Positions 49,035 to 62,079 of a DNA stretch of 64,000 nucleotides are shown here, piece by piece. This DNA comes from Octopus sinensis (taxonomy: Eukaryota). The translations under genes and the position numbers were made by a program. How positions within the stretch are numbered: position 1 is the stretch's first letter; each line of letters starts with the position of its first letter. A model generated the notes under the pieces. It was not told the DNA's origin and searched no databases. It saw nothing but the letters and a program-made list of their open reading frames with translations. The stretch covers positions 198,586,001-198,650,000 of the forward strand of contig NC_042997.1 in NCBI RefSeq assembly GCF_006345805.1, written 5' to 3'.

Positions 49035-49330
49035 TTGCAGAATACAATGTCAATGTTTGTGAAATATGTGAATAAAATCCGAGCAGCGGCATGAAACAGT
49101 TGTGAATTCAGAGAATATTACAAAATGTTAGATTTGGAAGAATATTCTGATGTCATCCTCTAGTGCGAGACCTGCTATCTTTCTGGAAGAAATTTTATGC
49201 GTCCTCTTTAAAAAGAAGTGGAAAATAATGAGCATGATGTTTTTAGAAGAAAAAAATTAGCTTCTATATGACAACGATCAACTATTTGACTTAGCATTTT
49301 TTATTGATGCAACCAGCCGCCTTATTCATC
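49035..49330 (+). mobile_element. hAT (Charlie/SPIN-like) transposase remnant
   Basis: MFVKYVNKIRAAA*N..EF..EEYSDVIL and DQLFDLAFFIDATSRLIHLNLKL match hAT motifs VN.IR..ALN and WL.DLAFL.DIT.HLN.LNL.LQ. Confidence 0.65.
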
Positions 49331-49399
49331 TAAATTTAAAACTTCTGGCAAAAAAAAAAAAATATATATATTTTTTTTTTCCCTCTGTCCTCCCACCTC

Positions 49400-49640
49400 G
49401 GGATCTTTCTTTTTCCTATGTTCCCGACGAAGAGCTCCGCTCGAAACGTCATACCCTCCTTCTTCCCTTTTTTTCCTGAGCGCCTAATAATACTTTAATT
49501 GTTCCACATCCTCGCGTCGTTGTCTTTTTTGTTTTCTTGTTTGGATTAACTTTATATATATATATCTGGATGGCCAGATAACTGAAGATATGGTGTTGTG
49601 GATTTCCACTTCGGCATCTGAAACTCAGAGTTTTATCTTG
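49400..49640 (+). mobile_element. Penelope pLTR-like sequence with hammerhead-like cores
   Basis: ccgacgaagagctccgctcgaaacgtc at 49424-49450 and agataa-ctgaaga..gaaa-ctcagag-tt-ttatct at 49576-49638. Confidence 0.5.
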
Positions 49641-50091
49641 ACTATTGAGTAAATGTAACATATTATTTTATATATATATATATATATTTAGTTATATCAA
49701 CGCATTAAAGATGAAATTAAAATTATTCACCTGTAAGGAGGAAATTAGGTATTAAACCAGTTTCTTAATTTAAAAGGGGAGAGTAAATGTACTAAAAAGA
49801 ATGGCAATTTTTTTTTTAAATCGGATTATTGAGACAGTTATTTAGAAAGAATTTTCGTGATTTTGTCGAAAAAAATCTTAAACACTGACCGCATGGTCAC
49901 ATTTATAAACTCATCTTCACTTCGGAAGCAAAAATGTAATGAAACATTTATTAAAATACACGCTATTGACTGATACAAATTTGAAAAGTATGCTCGAGAC
50001 AGAGAGTCGTTAGGCATGCGTTGAGTGGAGGAGAGAAACAAGAGAGAAAATAAAAATAATGACGATAATGGTAAAGTTATATATTTTATAC

Positions 50092-50443
50092 ACCTGTTTA
50101 CGGTGACTAACAATAAATCTGTGCCTGTGGTGGAATGGTTATCACACTAATACTGGGCAAATGAAATATCAGGTTGTCCCAAAAGTTCGTAAACACTTGC
50201 GAAAATTGAATTTTTACTCGCCAAGTACTAACAAAAACAACAAAAATTATTTTTCAAAATAAAGACCATTATTTTCCAAGATTTTCTACGAACATTTGGG
50301 ACAACCTTATAGCTTCATTTTCCGGATGGTGACAGTGAATCAAAGCATTTGCAATTTCTTCAAGCCTCTGCTACTGGGAAATAGCAAACGACTTCTTATA
50401 AACGCGCATGAGAATAAATAAATGAAAAATGGCAAAACTGCTC
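50092..50443. repeat. Left arm of a 209-bp inverted duplication (contains MITE)
   Basis: Reverse complement of 53273-53481 with about 4 mismatches once the MITE is removed. Confidence 0.92.
50169..50309. mobile_element. Tc1/mariner-type MITE
   Basis: TIR aggttgtcccaaa.gttcgta and TA TSD. The empty site aaatgaaaTAgcttc is seen in the inverted copy. Confidence 0.9.
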
Positions 50444-50905
50444 TCAAGCATACTTGATGATGGTAGTGATGATGGTGATACTGAAACGTCAGTGAGTAGG
50501 AGCCAAAAGAGAATGAGATAAGACTAGCTCGGAGTTGTATTGAGCCAGGAAGTGAGAGAGATAAAAAAAAAAAAAGGGTAGGATTCTGCAAAGTGAGCAG
50601 CTGAGTAAGAGAGGGAGTTTAGGTAAACAGGCAAGAGAAAAAAACAGAAAATATAGTTGGAAGGGTGAAAATGATACGGAGATGGAGAAGAGAAAAAAAT
50701 GAATAAGTAACAAAGTTTGTGACGTCACTGCATCCTTAGATATATCAGTGTCTCTTTTTCCTCTTTCTTTGCCCCCAAACACTTCTGCCTCATTCTGCAA
50801 CTTTTTAAAAACTATCTTTGAAGTGCATCTCAGAAAATAAAATAGCATTATTAGTGGAATTTATTCTTCGTTGCATGAAGGTAACGCACTGCTCATATCT
50901 CATAT

Positions 50906-50947
<42 letters not shown>

Positions 50948-51175
50948 ATTAAATTTTATAAAAAACATTTCAGTACCGGTTGCAGTCATTGAGACTTTTT
51001 CAACTGTAAGTATGGAAAACAATTAAATTTGGAAAAATTAAAAGAAAAGTTTTTTTAAAAGAATATTTGTATAGTGTTCACATGCAAGTGGCATTTTCCT
51101 TGTTTCTACCTGTCTCTGTCTCTCTTGTTTACTCTTGTGGGTTCTATATCTCTATGTATAGATAGATATAGATAT

Positions 51176-51206
<31 letters not shown>

Positions 51207-51574
51207 ATAATAATAATATTTAAGAAGGTGAATGAATTATCCTAGTATGGATAATTCGGTTAACCGATACCTGGGTAGCAAATTCACGTCCGAAAACACG
51301 GTTGAAGCTATATGCCAAGGGCAAGGATCCTGTGTTCTCGTGTGTAAATTTGTGTGTTTTTTTTAACTATGAATAAATGAAAGAATGGAGTCGAACGACT
51401 AAAAGTTTTTGCTTTACATGGTGCTGACATAAGTTCCTTGTCTTTCCTGATGAGATGGTGGCATAATGCACCCTTTATTCCTTCGGAATTAGGAATATGC
51501 AGCCTTCGAAACATGTGTCGAGAGTAAAGGAATTTTGTTAAAATCGTCGTTCGACTCCATTCTTTCTTTCTTTC

Positions 51575-51633
<59 letters not shown>

Positions 51634-52591
51634 GAGAATATATGTGTGTATGTAATATGTATGAATATATTATGATTCATTTGGAATTTTTGATATTACA
51701 TATACTCACACGCACACATAGTAACTCTATCCGTATAGTTTTTGTTCTACCATGGAATTTCCACGAATCTTGCTACTTAAATCATAATATCACGCAAAAG
51801 TACCTAATATACTTATATTTACATATTCTATACAAGGATTGAACTATGGCACAAAGCTTTAAAGCCACATTTGTGAAATGTAAAATGAACCAACTCTGTA
51901 CTCGATAATCATTCATCTCTTCAAATCAATTTAATTACAATATACTTTGGGTGTGTATGTACAGCTCATAACATATGCAAAGTTTTCCCCATGAAATTTG
52001 AACATAGAAAAGATATATAAAGCATTGCTTTATTATATTGCAATGAGTTTGTCTTTGGGTGACCCGAGTGTTATGTTAAATGAATCAGTAAATTGACAAG
52101 GATTGGAAATGCGCTATTTTTTGGTTTTATTTAGATCTAATTTTAATGTTGGTGATCATCCGTATTCAGCTGCTTATTATCAACCAGCGATAGCCTGCAG
52201 CAATTCACCGATCCCTGAAATTAAACACAAATAATATCCACACTTGCAACTGAACACAGTATCAAGGAAACGAAATAACAATCCTAATAAAAGCAAATAA
52301 AACGATTCGTTAAAAGACTGTAAAACCACGATACACACTCCAGCAGTTTGAAACATGGAAAATAATTAACCAAACATAATTAGAGTGTGTGTATGGGTTT
52401 GTGTGTCTGTGCGTGTGCGATTGGTTACATAAAGTCTGTGTTGGTATATATGCCATGCACGTCGAGTTACAATATTAAATCCACACTGATATCAAAGCAG
52501 ATACTTATATCCCTAATCGATACCAAGCTAAGAGACGTAGGTCTGGTAACCAGTTTTAAAAACCGATAGCAGTTCATACTATTAGATACTA

Positions 52592-53157
52592 TTGGGTTGT
52601 CCGGAAAGTTCGTGCCGATTTTTAAATGAAAGAAAAAGGTCAATAAATACTTGCCATTACATTTTTAATCGACCAAATTTGAACTATTTTGTAACACAAT
52701 GCGTCTCTATCTTTCCTTTAACTTGAAAATACCCTCTTCCCAGAATTGAGGTGGTTTCATGGCAAAGAATTTATCAAGGTAGCTTTTTACATCATCCAAG
52801 GTATTGAAATTTTTACCATTAAGACTATTCTGCAGAGACCTGAATAAGTGGAAATCCGAAGGAGCAATATCTGGTGAATATAGAGGGTAGGGTAACACAT
52901 CTCAGCCGAGCTGCAGCAATTTTTGTCTGGTTTTCAAAGCATCAAGTACCGAAAATGAACTTTTTTATCTTCCATTTTAAAGGGTTACAGAACTAACACA
53001 GGTTATAGGAACATAAACCTTCTTCCATGAAAAGATAGCTTAAACTGTGCTCTAAATGGAGGTGTAGTCAAATCCTGTTTTATGGACTCAACCATGTTCT
53101 AAAATAAGTCGAAAGGTAAGCTACTATAAATCGGCACGAACTTTCCGGACAACCCAA
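52592..53157 (-). mobile_element. Internally deleted mariner transposon
   Basis: TIRs ttgggttgtccggaaagttcgtgccgattt and TA TSD. MEDKKVHFRYLML is fused to KTRQKLLQLG*DVLPYPLYSPDIAPSDFHLFRSLQN (YSPDLAP motif). Confidence 0.92.
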
Positions 53158-53272
53158 TATTTTACTATGGTAAAAAGATTCTTGTGTCGGATGGTTGTAA
53201 ATTTATCTCATACAAAACCTTAATCATTAAACCACTTATATGTTCTATACACGGTTTTATGTAAAGTCGACC

Positions 53273-53481
53273 GAGCAGTTTTGCCATTTTTCATTTATTT
53301 ATTCTCATGCGCGTTTATAAGAAGTCGTTTGCTATTTTCCAGTAGCAGAGGCTTGAAGAAATTGCAAATGTTTTGATTCACTGTCACCATCCGGAAAATG
53401 AAGCTATTTCATTTGCCCAGTATTAGTGTAATAACCATTCCACCACAGGCACAGATCTATTGTTAGTCACCGTAAACAGGT
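53273..53481. repeat. Right arm of the 209-bp inverted duplication
   Basis: See 50092-50443. Confidence 0.92.
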
Positions 53482-55042
53482 CAGTTCGTTACCTACTACA
53501 ACTTTCGTATGAACTGCGACTGCACTCCAGGCATAGAATTATCTACAAGACACAGAGCTAGCTACACTTAGATTGGGTTTTCGTACATTCTCTCGTTAAA
53601 GGAGGCATAATCACAAGGTGACAGTAATTACAAGTAGAAAACTACATCAAAATTAGCATTTTTCAAAAATCTCAGGTCAATACACGTGCCGTGTCATTAA
53701 TCTTTTCCTTCACCACCGATGGGCTTCTGTTCCTCAAAACTCGCTTGTACAGTATCATATCCACTCAGTCACTCCAGACCTACTCGTTCGTCTCTCGTTG
53801 TCCATAGCCTGCCCACTCCCACTGCCCCAGGCCAAGTACTAATCCTTACCCTCAGTCAATCATTATCAAAACGTCACCCCACTTGTATGCTCAACCTGTA
53901 TATTCATATTTTTACTTGTAGCTCAACCGTCGACTTGTAACTACTTTCCAAGAAGTGTCTGAGATTTGTTTTTCTTTTAGTTGAGTTGTTTTATAGCAAA
54001 TGTGAATAAAACAAACCTTCAAATGAAGATTATTCTGAGTAACATTCCTAGATAAACTACGACCAGTTAACGGCATTGCACTCGTCGGTTTTGGAAGGAA
54101 GGAGAAGGTCAGAGATCACTTTCTTGCAAATAGAATTACTCCATGTGGTTATACATATTAAAAATAAATATATTTATTACACATTAAAATAAATATATTT
54201 GCAAATATATTTTTCATGAATTACACCTCTTATTTCTTCCTACATTTAACAAACGTGTAAACGGTACTTTGTTCGTCAGCAGTCTAAATAGTTAAATTTA
54301 AATATAATTACAACACTCCTTACAAATGCATATATACCTTGAGTATATTAAAATATTGTTTACACGTGTGTGCGGTAAAGAGAAAGAAAGGGACACAGAA
54401 TGACAATTACAAAATCATACAAACACGCAGGCTGAGAGAGAGAAAGAGAAGCTTGGCAGACCTAGATTTCATATAGACAGATCTAGTCACCGACAAGATA
54501 TATAATAATATCAATTATAAGTAAAGAACTCAAACAGAAACAAGTTCTGCAAAATGAGACGGAAAACAATAAATATCAAATATGGTTGAATAATAAATGA
54601 GAGAATGTGTTCATAGTATAATAGACAAATGAAACGTTGTTGATGTCTAAGTAATTTTGAGAAAGTATAAGATAATTTAAAGCGACGAATCTGGTTGTTA
54701 TAGCAATAGGTGGAGAAAGCAGCCAAGCAAGATAATGAAGTGAAAATAATGACTGAAATAGTGGTTCATGATCACGTTAGAGTTTGATGAACGGTAGTAA
54801 ATGTTTTAATGACGACAGCATTATTACAAGCAATATCTCTCTGTATGATTGATTTTCAAGTCAAATCAACTCCAAACTGAAACATGATTCATTGAAGTAT
54901 ATGTATATTATTTTTGTACGTGCACATAAACATATAATTGTGAGCTATATGAATAAACAAATTACCTAATGAATAAACAAATTACTTAAATCTAAACTTT
55001 CAAATAACAGCAAATATGGAATTTTATTTACGAGTTGGATAC

Positions 55043-55437
55043 TTGGAAGCACTCCGTCGGTTACGACGATGAGGGTTCCGGTTGATCCGAATCAACGGAA
55101 CAGCCTGCTCGTGAAATTAACGTGTAAGTGGCTGAGCACTCCACAGACACGTGTACCCTTAACGTAGTTCTCGGGGATATTCGGGGATATTCAGCGTGAC
55201 ACAGAGAGTGACAAGGCCGGCCCTTTGAAATACAGGTACAACAGAAAAAGGAAGTAAGAGTGAGAGAAAGTTGTGGTGAAAGAGTACAGCAGGGATCACC
55301 ACCATCCCCTGCCGGAGCCTCGTGGAGCTTTTAGGTGTTTTCGCTCAATAAACACTCACAACGCCCGGTCTGGGAATCGAAACCGCGATCCTATGACCGC
55401 GAGTCCGCTGCCCTAACCACTGGGCCATTGCGCCTCC
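55043..55437 (-). mobile_element. Family B SINE
   Basis: Full length. 13-bp TSD acgagttggatac. Confidence 0.93.
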
Positions 55438-55558
55438 ACGAGTTGGATACTAACCTCAAACTGATTCATTATAACGTCTCTTTTTATAATAGAAGCAGAG
55501 GACCAAGGAGGAAGCTTTTATGTGGTTGCTCGAGCTGCGAGAAATAACAACTGAATAA

Positions 55559-56345
55559 AGGCGGCGAGCTGGCAGAAACGTCAGCACGCCGGGAAAAATG
55601 CTGAGTGTTATTTCGTCTGCCGTTACGTTCTGAGTTCAAATTCCGCCGAGGTCGACTTTGCCTTTCATTCTTTCGGGGTCGATTAAATAAGTACCAGTTA
55701 CGCACTGGGGTCGATATAATCGACTTAATCCGTTCGTCTGTCCTTGTTTGTCCTCTCTGTGTTTAGCCCCTTGTGGGTAGTAAAGAAATAGGTATTTCGT
55801 CTGTCTTTACGTTCTGAGTTCAAATTCCGCCGAGGTCGACTTTGCCTTTCATCCTTTCGGGGTCGATTAAATAAGTACCAGTTACGCACTGGGGTCGATA
55901 TAATCGACTTAATCCGTTCGTCTGTCCTTGTTTGTCCTCTCTGTGTTTAGCCCCTTGTGGGTAGTAAAGAAATAGGTATTTCGTCTGTCTTTACGTTCTG
56001 AGTTCAAATTCCGCCGAGGTCGACTTTGCCTTTCATCCTTTCGGGGTCGATTAAATAAGTACCAGTTACGCACTGGGGTCGATATAATCGACTTAATCCG
56101 TTCGTCTGTCCTTGTTTGTCCTCTCTGTGTTTAGCCCCTTGTGGGTAGTAAAGAAATAGGTATTTCGTCTGTCTTTACGTTCTGAGTTCAAATTCCGCCG
56201 AGGTCGACTTTGCCTTTCATCCTTTCGGGGTCGATAAATTAAGTACTAGTTTCGCACTGGGTCCAATGTAATCGACTTAATCCCTTTGTCTGTCCTTGTT
56301 TGTCCCCTCTATGTTTAGCCCCTTGTGGGCAATAAAGAAATAAGA
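55559..56345 (+). mobile_element. Family C SINE tetramer (one head plus 4 x 184-bp units)
   Basis: Unit starts at 55607, 55791, 55975 and 56159. Units 2 and 3 appear identical. Confidence 0.95.
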
Positions 56346-56699
56346 AATAATTGAATTTCCCTTAAATTATAGATTTCTATCTTTAAGGAGATGAATATTA
56401 ATGGCAAGCAGTTCAAGAATTATATGGAAAACGTATACTTGATTCTATGAATACTTGTATACTAACAAAAAATGAAGACATATAACCGTATATCTTACAT
56501 ATAAAACATACTTTTAAAAAGACAGTTCATGGACATCGGAAAGATGGTAAAATCTTGTGATACTTTCTGCCTATAATTTAAACAGTCCTTGTTAGTTACT
56601 AAAGTAATAACCGATAAATACTGAAGTCATATCTGATATTCTTAAATATAACAATACCCATGAGGAAATACTATCATCATTCGTTATTCCGGGTTTCTA

Positions 56700-56985
56700 C
56701 AGGGTGGGACAGAGAGGACGGACTTTTTGAGAAATTCGCAAAATCATTAATTTTAGCTTCAAACACATTTTATTGTCATTAATGTGTTTGTATCAAATTA
56801 GCATTTGTCAAAATCAAGTGTGGAAAACAGCATCCATCATATAATGTCCGTTTTCATTGATGCATTTCTGAAGGTGTTCTTGGACGTTGGTCTCTACTCT
56901 CTCCAGCATCGCTCCGTCGATTTTGGCGACTTCCACGCGAATAGCTTCCTTCAAATCGTCCAACGTATACACACGTGTAAGAAAC
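56700..56985 (-). mobile_element. Tc1-like transposon 3' end
   Basis: TA|cagggtggg terminus. The minus strand reads TLDDLKEAIRVEVAKIDGAMLERVETNVQEHLQKCINENGHYMMDAVFHT*. Confidence 0.8.
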
Positions 56986-58334
56986 AGTAACATTTGATCG
57001 AGTTATTCTCATGCTGGAACACTAGTCTATAAGCTTTGACTTCGTTAACATCCTAAAGTCAAACGGTGGTATTAAAGCAAAAATAAAAATAAAAGGTTAG
57101 GTCTTACACATAAGAACAGGTGCAGTCCAGTCAACCGGACTCTGCACAATTTTGCCAATCTAATATAATTTAGGTTTGAAGAGGCCCGACGCTGTAATAG
57201 AAGACACTGGCTCAAAGTACCATGCAGCTGGATCGATCTGGGAACCATGTAATTGCAAAAGGGATATCTTAACCACATAATGGTTAGCTACTATTTTGCT
57301 TGACCGAATGACTGAAATATAATCTAACATATTTGATGTCATGTTATACACCTAAAACTCTGAATAGCATAGGGAATTTGTAACTTTCGTGGAGACTAAG
57401 AGCTTTAAATAATAATAAACAGTCTTAAACAATTTTGAAAATTACCCTTTAAACATGTCAAGTCGGTTGAGTTTGAAAACATGGTTAGTATTCTCTCAAC
57501 ACCACAAACAAACTGTGACACAACTGATGATGCATCTCTGTTGTCGGAAAACCGGTCAGAAATAGCAGCCAAATATCTTCAAATGCCAGTGCCATTAAAA
57601 AAAAAATGGATGCAATATTTGTTTGTGTTTGACAGAGCCAGTAGAGATTGGTTCTTGAATGCATTTTCTCTTAAACCGTTATAAGGATAGTCAGTCGTGA
57701 TGTTTTACTTTTCAGTTTGTAAAGCCCTGATAAATGATGAATTTAATCTTGCAGAGGTTATCAAAAGAACATGTCTTAGTGTTTCGAAACACCGATGATT
57801 AACGACTAATTAAGGATTCATGGTGACTAATGAAGGATTCATGTGCTCTGTAAAACTTAAATGATTGAAATAGTTAGTCAATAACATTTAAATCCCCTTT
57901 TAATCTCATTTACTTCTATTACCATAGGTAACAAATGTATAATATTGCAACGACGATAAAGAGTATTTACTCTTATATAATGAAGGTGACACAAACTGTT
58001 TTAATACCAAAAGGTAATATTTACCCCACTTAAAAGTAAATGTTGTGTTAGAACACAGAATACTGCGATATTTACCACGAGAGAACCTTTCGTGTGGTCT
58101 TGCGGTGCAGAAGATATGCACTCTTGTATACATCGCTAAATGTTTTAATGGATTGCATCAGAGAATGGTGCGGGGCGCTTAGGGTCCTTTCCAAATTTTC
58201 AGCTAAATAGGAGAAAAGCAAGAAGTTATTCCCAATCTGCAGATGTTAGCGTGCTGGATGGTTGGAACACCTTTGATTCTGCCAGAGGCAAAGAGAGTTA
58301 CTAATATATGTTATAAAAAATAACAATATATATA

Positions 58335-58725
58335 GGCGCAGGAGTGGCTGTATGGTAAGTAGCTTGCTTACCAACCACATGGTTTCGGGTTCAGTCACCT
58401 TGAGCAAGTGTCTTCTACTATAGCCTCGGGCCGACCAAAGCCTTGTCAGTGGATTTTGTAGACGGAAACTGAAAGAAGACCGTGATATATATGTATAGGT
58501 ATATATATATGTGTGTGTGCGCGTGTTTGTGTATCTGAGTTTGTCCCCCCCCCCAACATCGCTTGACAACCGATGCTGGTGTTTACTTAGCGGTTCGGCA
58601 AAAGAGACCGATAGAATAAGTACTAGGTTTACAAAGAATAATTCCTGGGGTCGATCTACTCGACCAAAGGCGGTGCTCCAGCATGACCACAATCAAATGA
58701 CTGAAACGAGTAAAAAAGAGTAAGA
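58335..58725 (+). mobile_element. Family A SINE
   Basis: Near full-length match. Confidence 0.88.
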
Positions 58726-59039
58726 GTATATAGTTAACAAATATGGGGCCATTAGCCAACTACTGACTGATATCTATCGGAGTTTATAATCTTTCCTGGA
58801 CATAAACCACCAGGAGAAGATCACGGTGTTGCCAAGCGCTAAATAACACTCACAGTACAGCCATTTCTTTAAACAGGAATCGTTAAGTAAATTCCAATAA
58901 ATAACAAAATAACAATTTTGTATCTGCATTTGGTACCAATAACTAATAAATGTCCAAATCACATTCAGTTGGTATTATTTTCAGCACTACATACAAAAAG
59001 TATATGTTACAGTCATTGAACCGTAGCCATCTTGAGGGG

Positions 59040-59310
59040 ACGCCTTTTCCGAACCGCTATGTTACGGGGATATAAATAAACCGACACTGCTTGCCAAGTG
59101 ATTAGCGTTGAGTGATAGACACAGGCACAAATGTATACACACACATATATATATATATATATACACAACAGTTTCCGTCAATCAAATAAACTCACAAGGT
59201 CCAGGTTTATAGTGGAGAATAGTGACCCTAAGCGGTGCGCGGTGCTGAGGCCAAAACCACGCGGTTGCAAAAGGAGCTGTTTTATCACAAAGCCATACCT
59301 GCACCTTCTC
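59040..59310 (-). mobile_element. Highly degraded family A SINE
   Basis: ccgaaccgcta.gttacgggg..cagtttccgtcaa..ctcacaagg remnants. Confidence 0.55.
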
Positions 59311-59348
59311 CACTAGGACTGTGGTTAACATCTGGGCATAATTGTATA

Positions 59349-59643
59349 TCTTTATATATAAAAGTACGGTTGTGTGTCTGTCTCCTACGATTTAGATTCC
59401 TAACTACTCCCACATTTTGCGGTGCAGTTTAACCAAAACCGGGTATCTTATAGTCGTGATTCATATCGAGCCCTTCTGGGTATTAGCGCGCGTCTACGAT
59501 GAGTCTACGATTTTAAAAAATTTAACATAATTTTTTTTCCATTTTTAATGCATTTTTTTGCTATTTTTTTGCTATAACTCTCTAAAAATGCTTATATAGT
59601 TATTTCCCTTACAAACCCGAGCAACGCCGGGCGATACTGCTAG
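59349..59643 (+). mobile_element. Non-autonomous Helitron (shorter variant)
   Basis: TC...hairpin...CTAG termini at an AT site. Confidence 0.9.
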
Positions 59644-60462
59644 TTCATGATACTTTAATACATATGAGACCCACCTTTTACCCGTTGAATCCGTTTATCC
59701 TCAAATGCGTCTTTGCAGATACATGGGTAAGCGATACTTTATATCTATGTATATTGCATATCCGCATGACTGATGCCTGATCCGGCCAATTCCGAAACAG
59801 TTGCTACTTACAGAATAATCTACTTGTAAAGGAACGTTCTTGAATAATTAAAAGAAAATCCTTACGATTGTCATTCGTTAACCATTTATTATAAGACGGT
59901 AGAACGACAAAACCACTACACCAGTTTTGAAAATTTGTATTTTACGAGGTGTATAGTATAAGATACTACTTCAGAACTCAAATATTTCCCCTCTCAGTTA
60001 CTGAATGTTTTCATAGAATGGGAAACATTCTTGTGATTTCTCATACTGGCATAAGGCCAAACTTTTTTTTTTCTAATTGACGAAGTCCATCTGGACAGGA
60101 TTTACACTCACAACATAAAGCGACAGAACTAATCACTTAAAAGTATTGAGCTGACTACCCTTTCGTTTCTGGCAACTGCTGTCTTCTCTCGTGACTAATA
60201 GTAAAACTTTCGAACACGCAATGTTCAAAATATTCAACGTAGATATTACGAAGATTGATTAAGTCATGATATTAAGATTTCTGAAATCAGGGAGGAATAT
60301 CTTAATGACGCAATATTATAGTTATTCATTGTGCAAAGCACGATTATTTTAAAGAGATATACAATTTACTATATAGTTTAATCATATTAAGAATGATATC
60401 GTTTAAATATGAAATGACAACGGAAGACGTGACCTCTTCGAATTTAATTTATTGTCTATCGT

Positions 60463-60495
<33 letters not shown>

Positions 60496-60562
60496 GATAA
60501 ATGATGGTAAAATATTAAGAAGAATGGTTACAGTGGCAGAGAACAATATGAGGAATATATGA

Positions 60563-60744
60563 GTCGCAGGAGTGGCTGTGTGGTAAGTTGCTTGCTAACC
60601 AACCACATGGTTCCGGGTTCAGTCCCACTGCGTGGCATCTTGGGCAAGTGTCTTCTGCTATAGCCCCGGGCCGACCAATGCCTTGTGAGTGGATTTGGTA
60701 GACGGAAACTGAAAGAAGCCTGCCGTATATATGTATATATATAT

Positions 60745-60783
<39 letters not shown>

Positions 60784-60976
60784 TCCCCCTAGCATTGCTT
60801 GTCAACCGATGCTGGTGTGTTTACGTCCCCGTCACTTAGCGGTTCGGCAAAAGAGACCGATAGAATAAGTACTGGGCTTACAAAGAATAAGTGCTGGGGT
60901 CGATTTGCTCGACTAAAGGCGGTGCTCCAGCATGGCCGCAGTCAAATGACTGAAACAAGTAAAAGAGTAAAAGAGT
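60563..60976 (+). mobile_element. Family A SINE
   Basis: Full-length match with (tg)n. Confidence 0.9.
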
Positions 60977-62079
60977 ATATGAAATGCAGTCGTATATCAC
61001 ATAGAGGAATCAATAAATAATACTAACACTGCATTCTGTTTTCTATCTGTTGTACTTTACTTTGAAACACACATCGGGTAAACATTTTTAAAAATATGGC
61101 GCGATCTGCTTGGTTTCATTAACAGTTTCGCCAGTTATTTCAAAGGATGATGATTATGAACTAACTTACTATTTTGATGTTTATGAGCACAAATGACATG
61201 AAATTCAATTAGCTTTACCGAAAACTTTTATCATTTTGTTTGTGCGGCCTGATTAAAATTTCATATCAGTGGAGTTGTTAAATCATATTTAATTAAATAC
61301 TACATGAGTTTTCACTTCGCCACATGTATTTGAAATATGCTGCAGGTCAGGGCCATAAAATGGTTGAATTTCATGAAATTTAATAACCACAGCACTTCCT
61401 ATTTCAACTATAGAAAAAAAGTGTAATTATTGAGATAATTTAACTTAAAGGTCAACAGAACATATCTGGAGATATGTTTGCTCAATGCTATTCAAGAATA
61501 TTGCAATTATTAGACATGCATTATATCACTGCCTTTACCTCTTTTTGAAATGTTGAAATTATGGATGATTAAACTTACATTTGACTCCTCAGGACAACTA
61601 TGAAATTGCAAGCTGTGACAATCATCTGCGTGCAACATAGAAGGCAGATTTCCTACTCGAACAGGCATGAAATTAAATGCTCTATTAATAAGCGGAATAT
61701 AATTCCTTCGGCTAAATTAAGCTTCTTTCTTTGTTCACAAAAAATAATAATAAAACGACATATTCTTTAATGACTGATTATAATATCCACGCCATGATTT
61801 CCATGTGGATGAGATAACTGCGTTTTGAAGTGCTCAGAAAATGACAGAGGCAAGAAGCTACCCAACCGCATTAACAGACGACTATCGTGATACTCCTGGA
61901 AGTTAATCCATAATTTGGGTTGTCACAGTGCAACGAAACACGGGAATATCCCTGACGAAACTTGAGAGTTTATTATTTGTAGAATATCATTCGCCGTAGA
62001 AGAGAAGTAAATAGTACATTAGGTAATTTTGGACGAATATTGTAGCAAAAAGTATTTCATTTCGCTAATTTGACCATGT

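Noticed and set aside
49424-49450. ccgacga-agagctccgctc-gaaacgtc as an intact hammerhead
   Set aside because: The core has C instead of U and there is no stem I pairing with the flanks. Kept only as a pLTR remnant.
55607-56342. Regularly spaced repeats suggestive of a CRISPR array
   Set aside because: Contiguous 184-bp units with no unique spacers, in a eukaryotic context with no cas genes.
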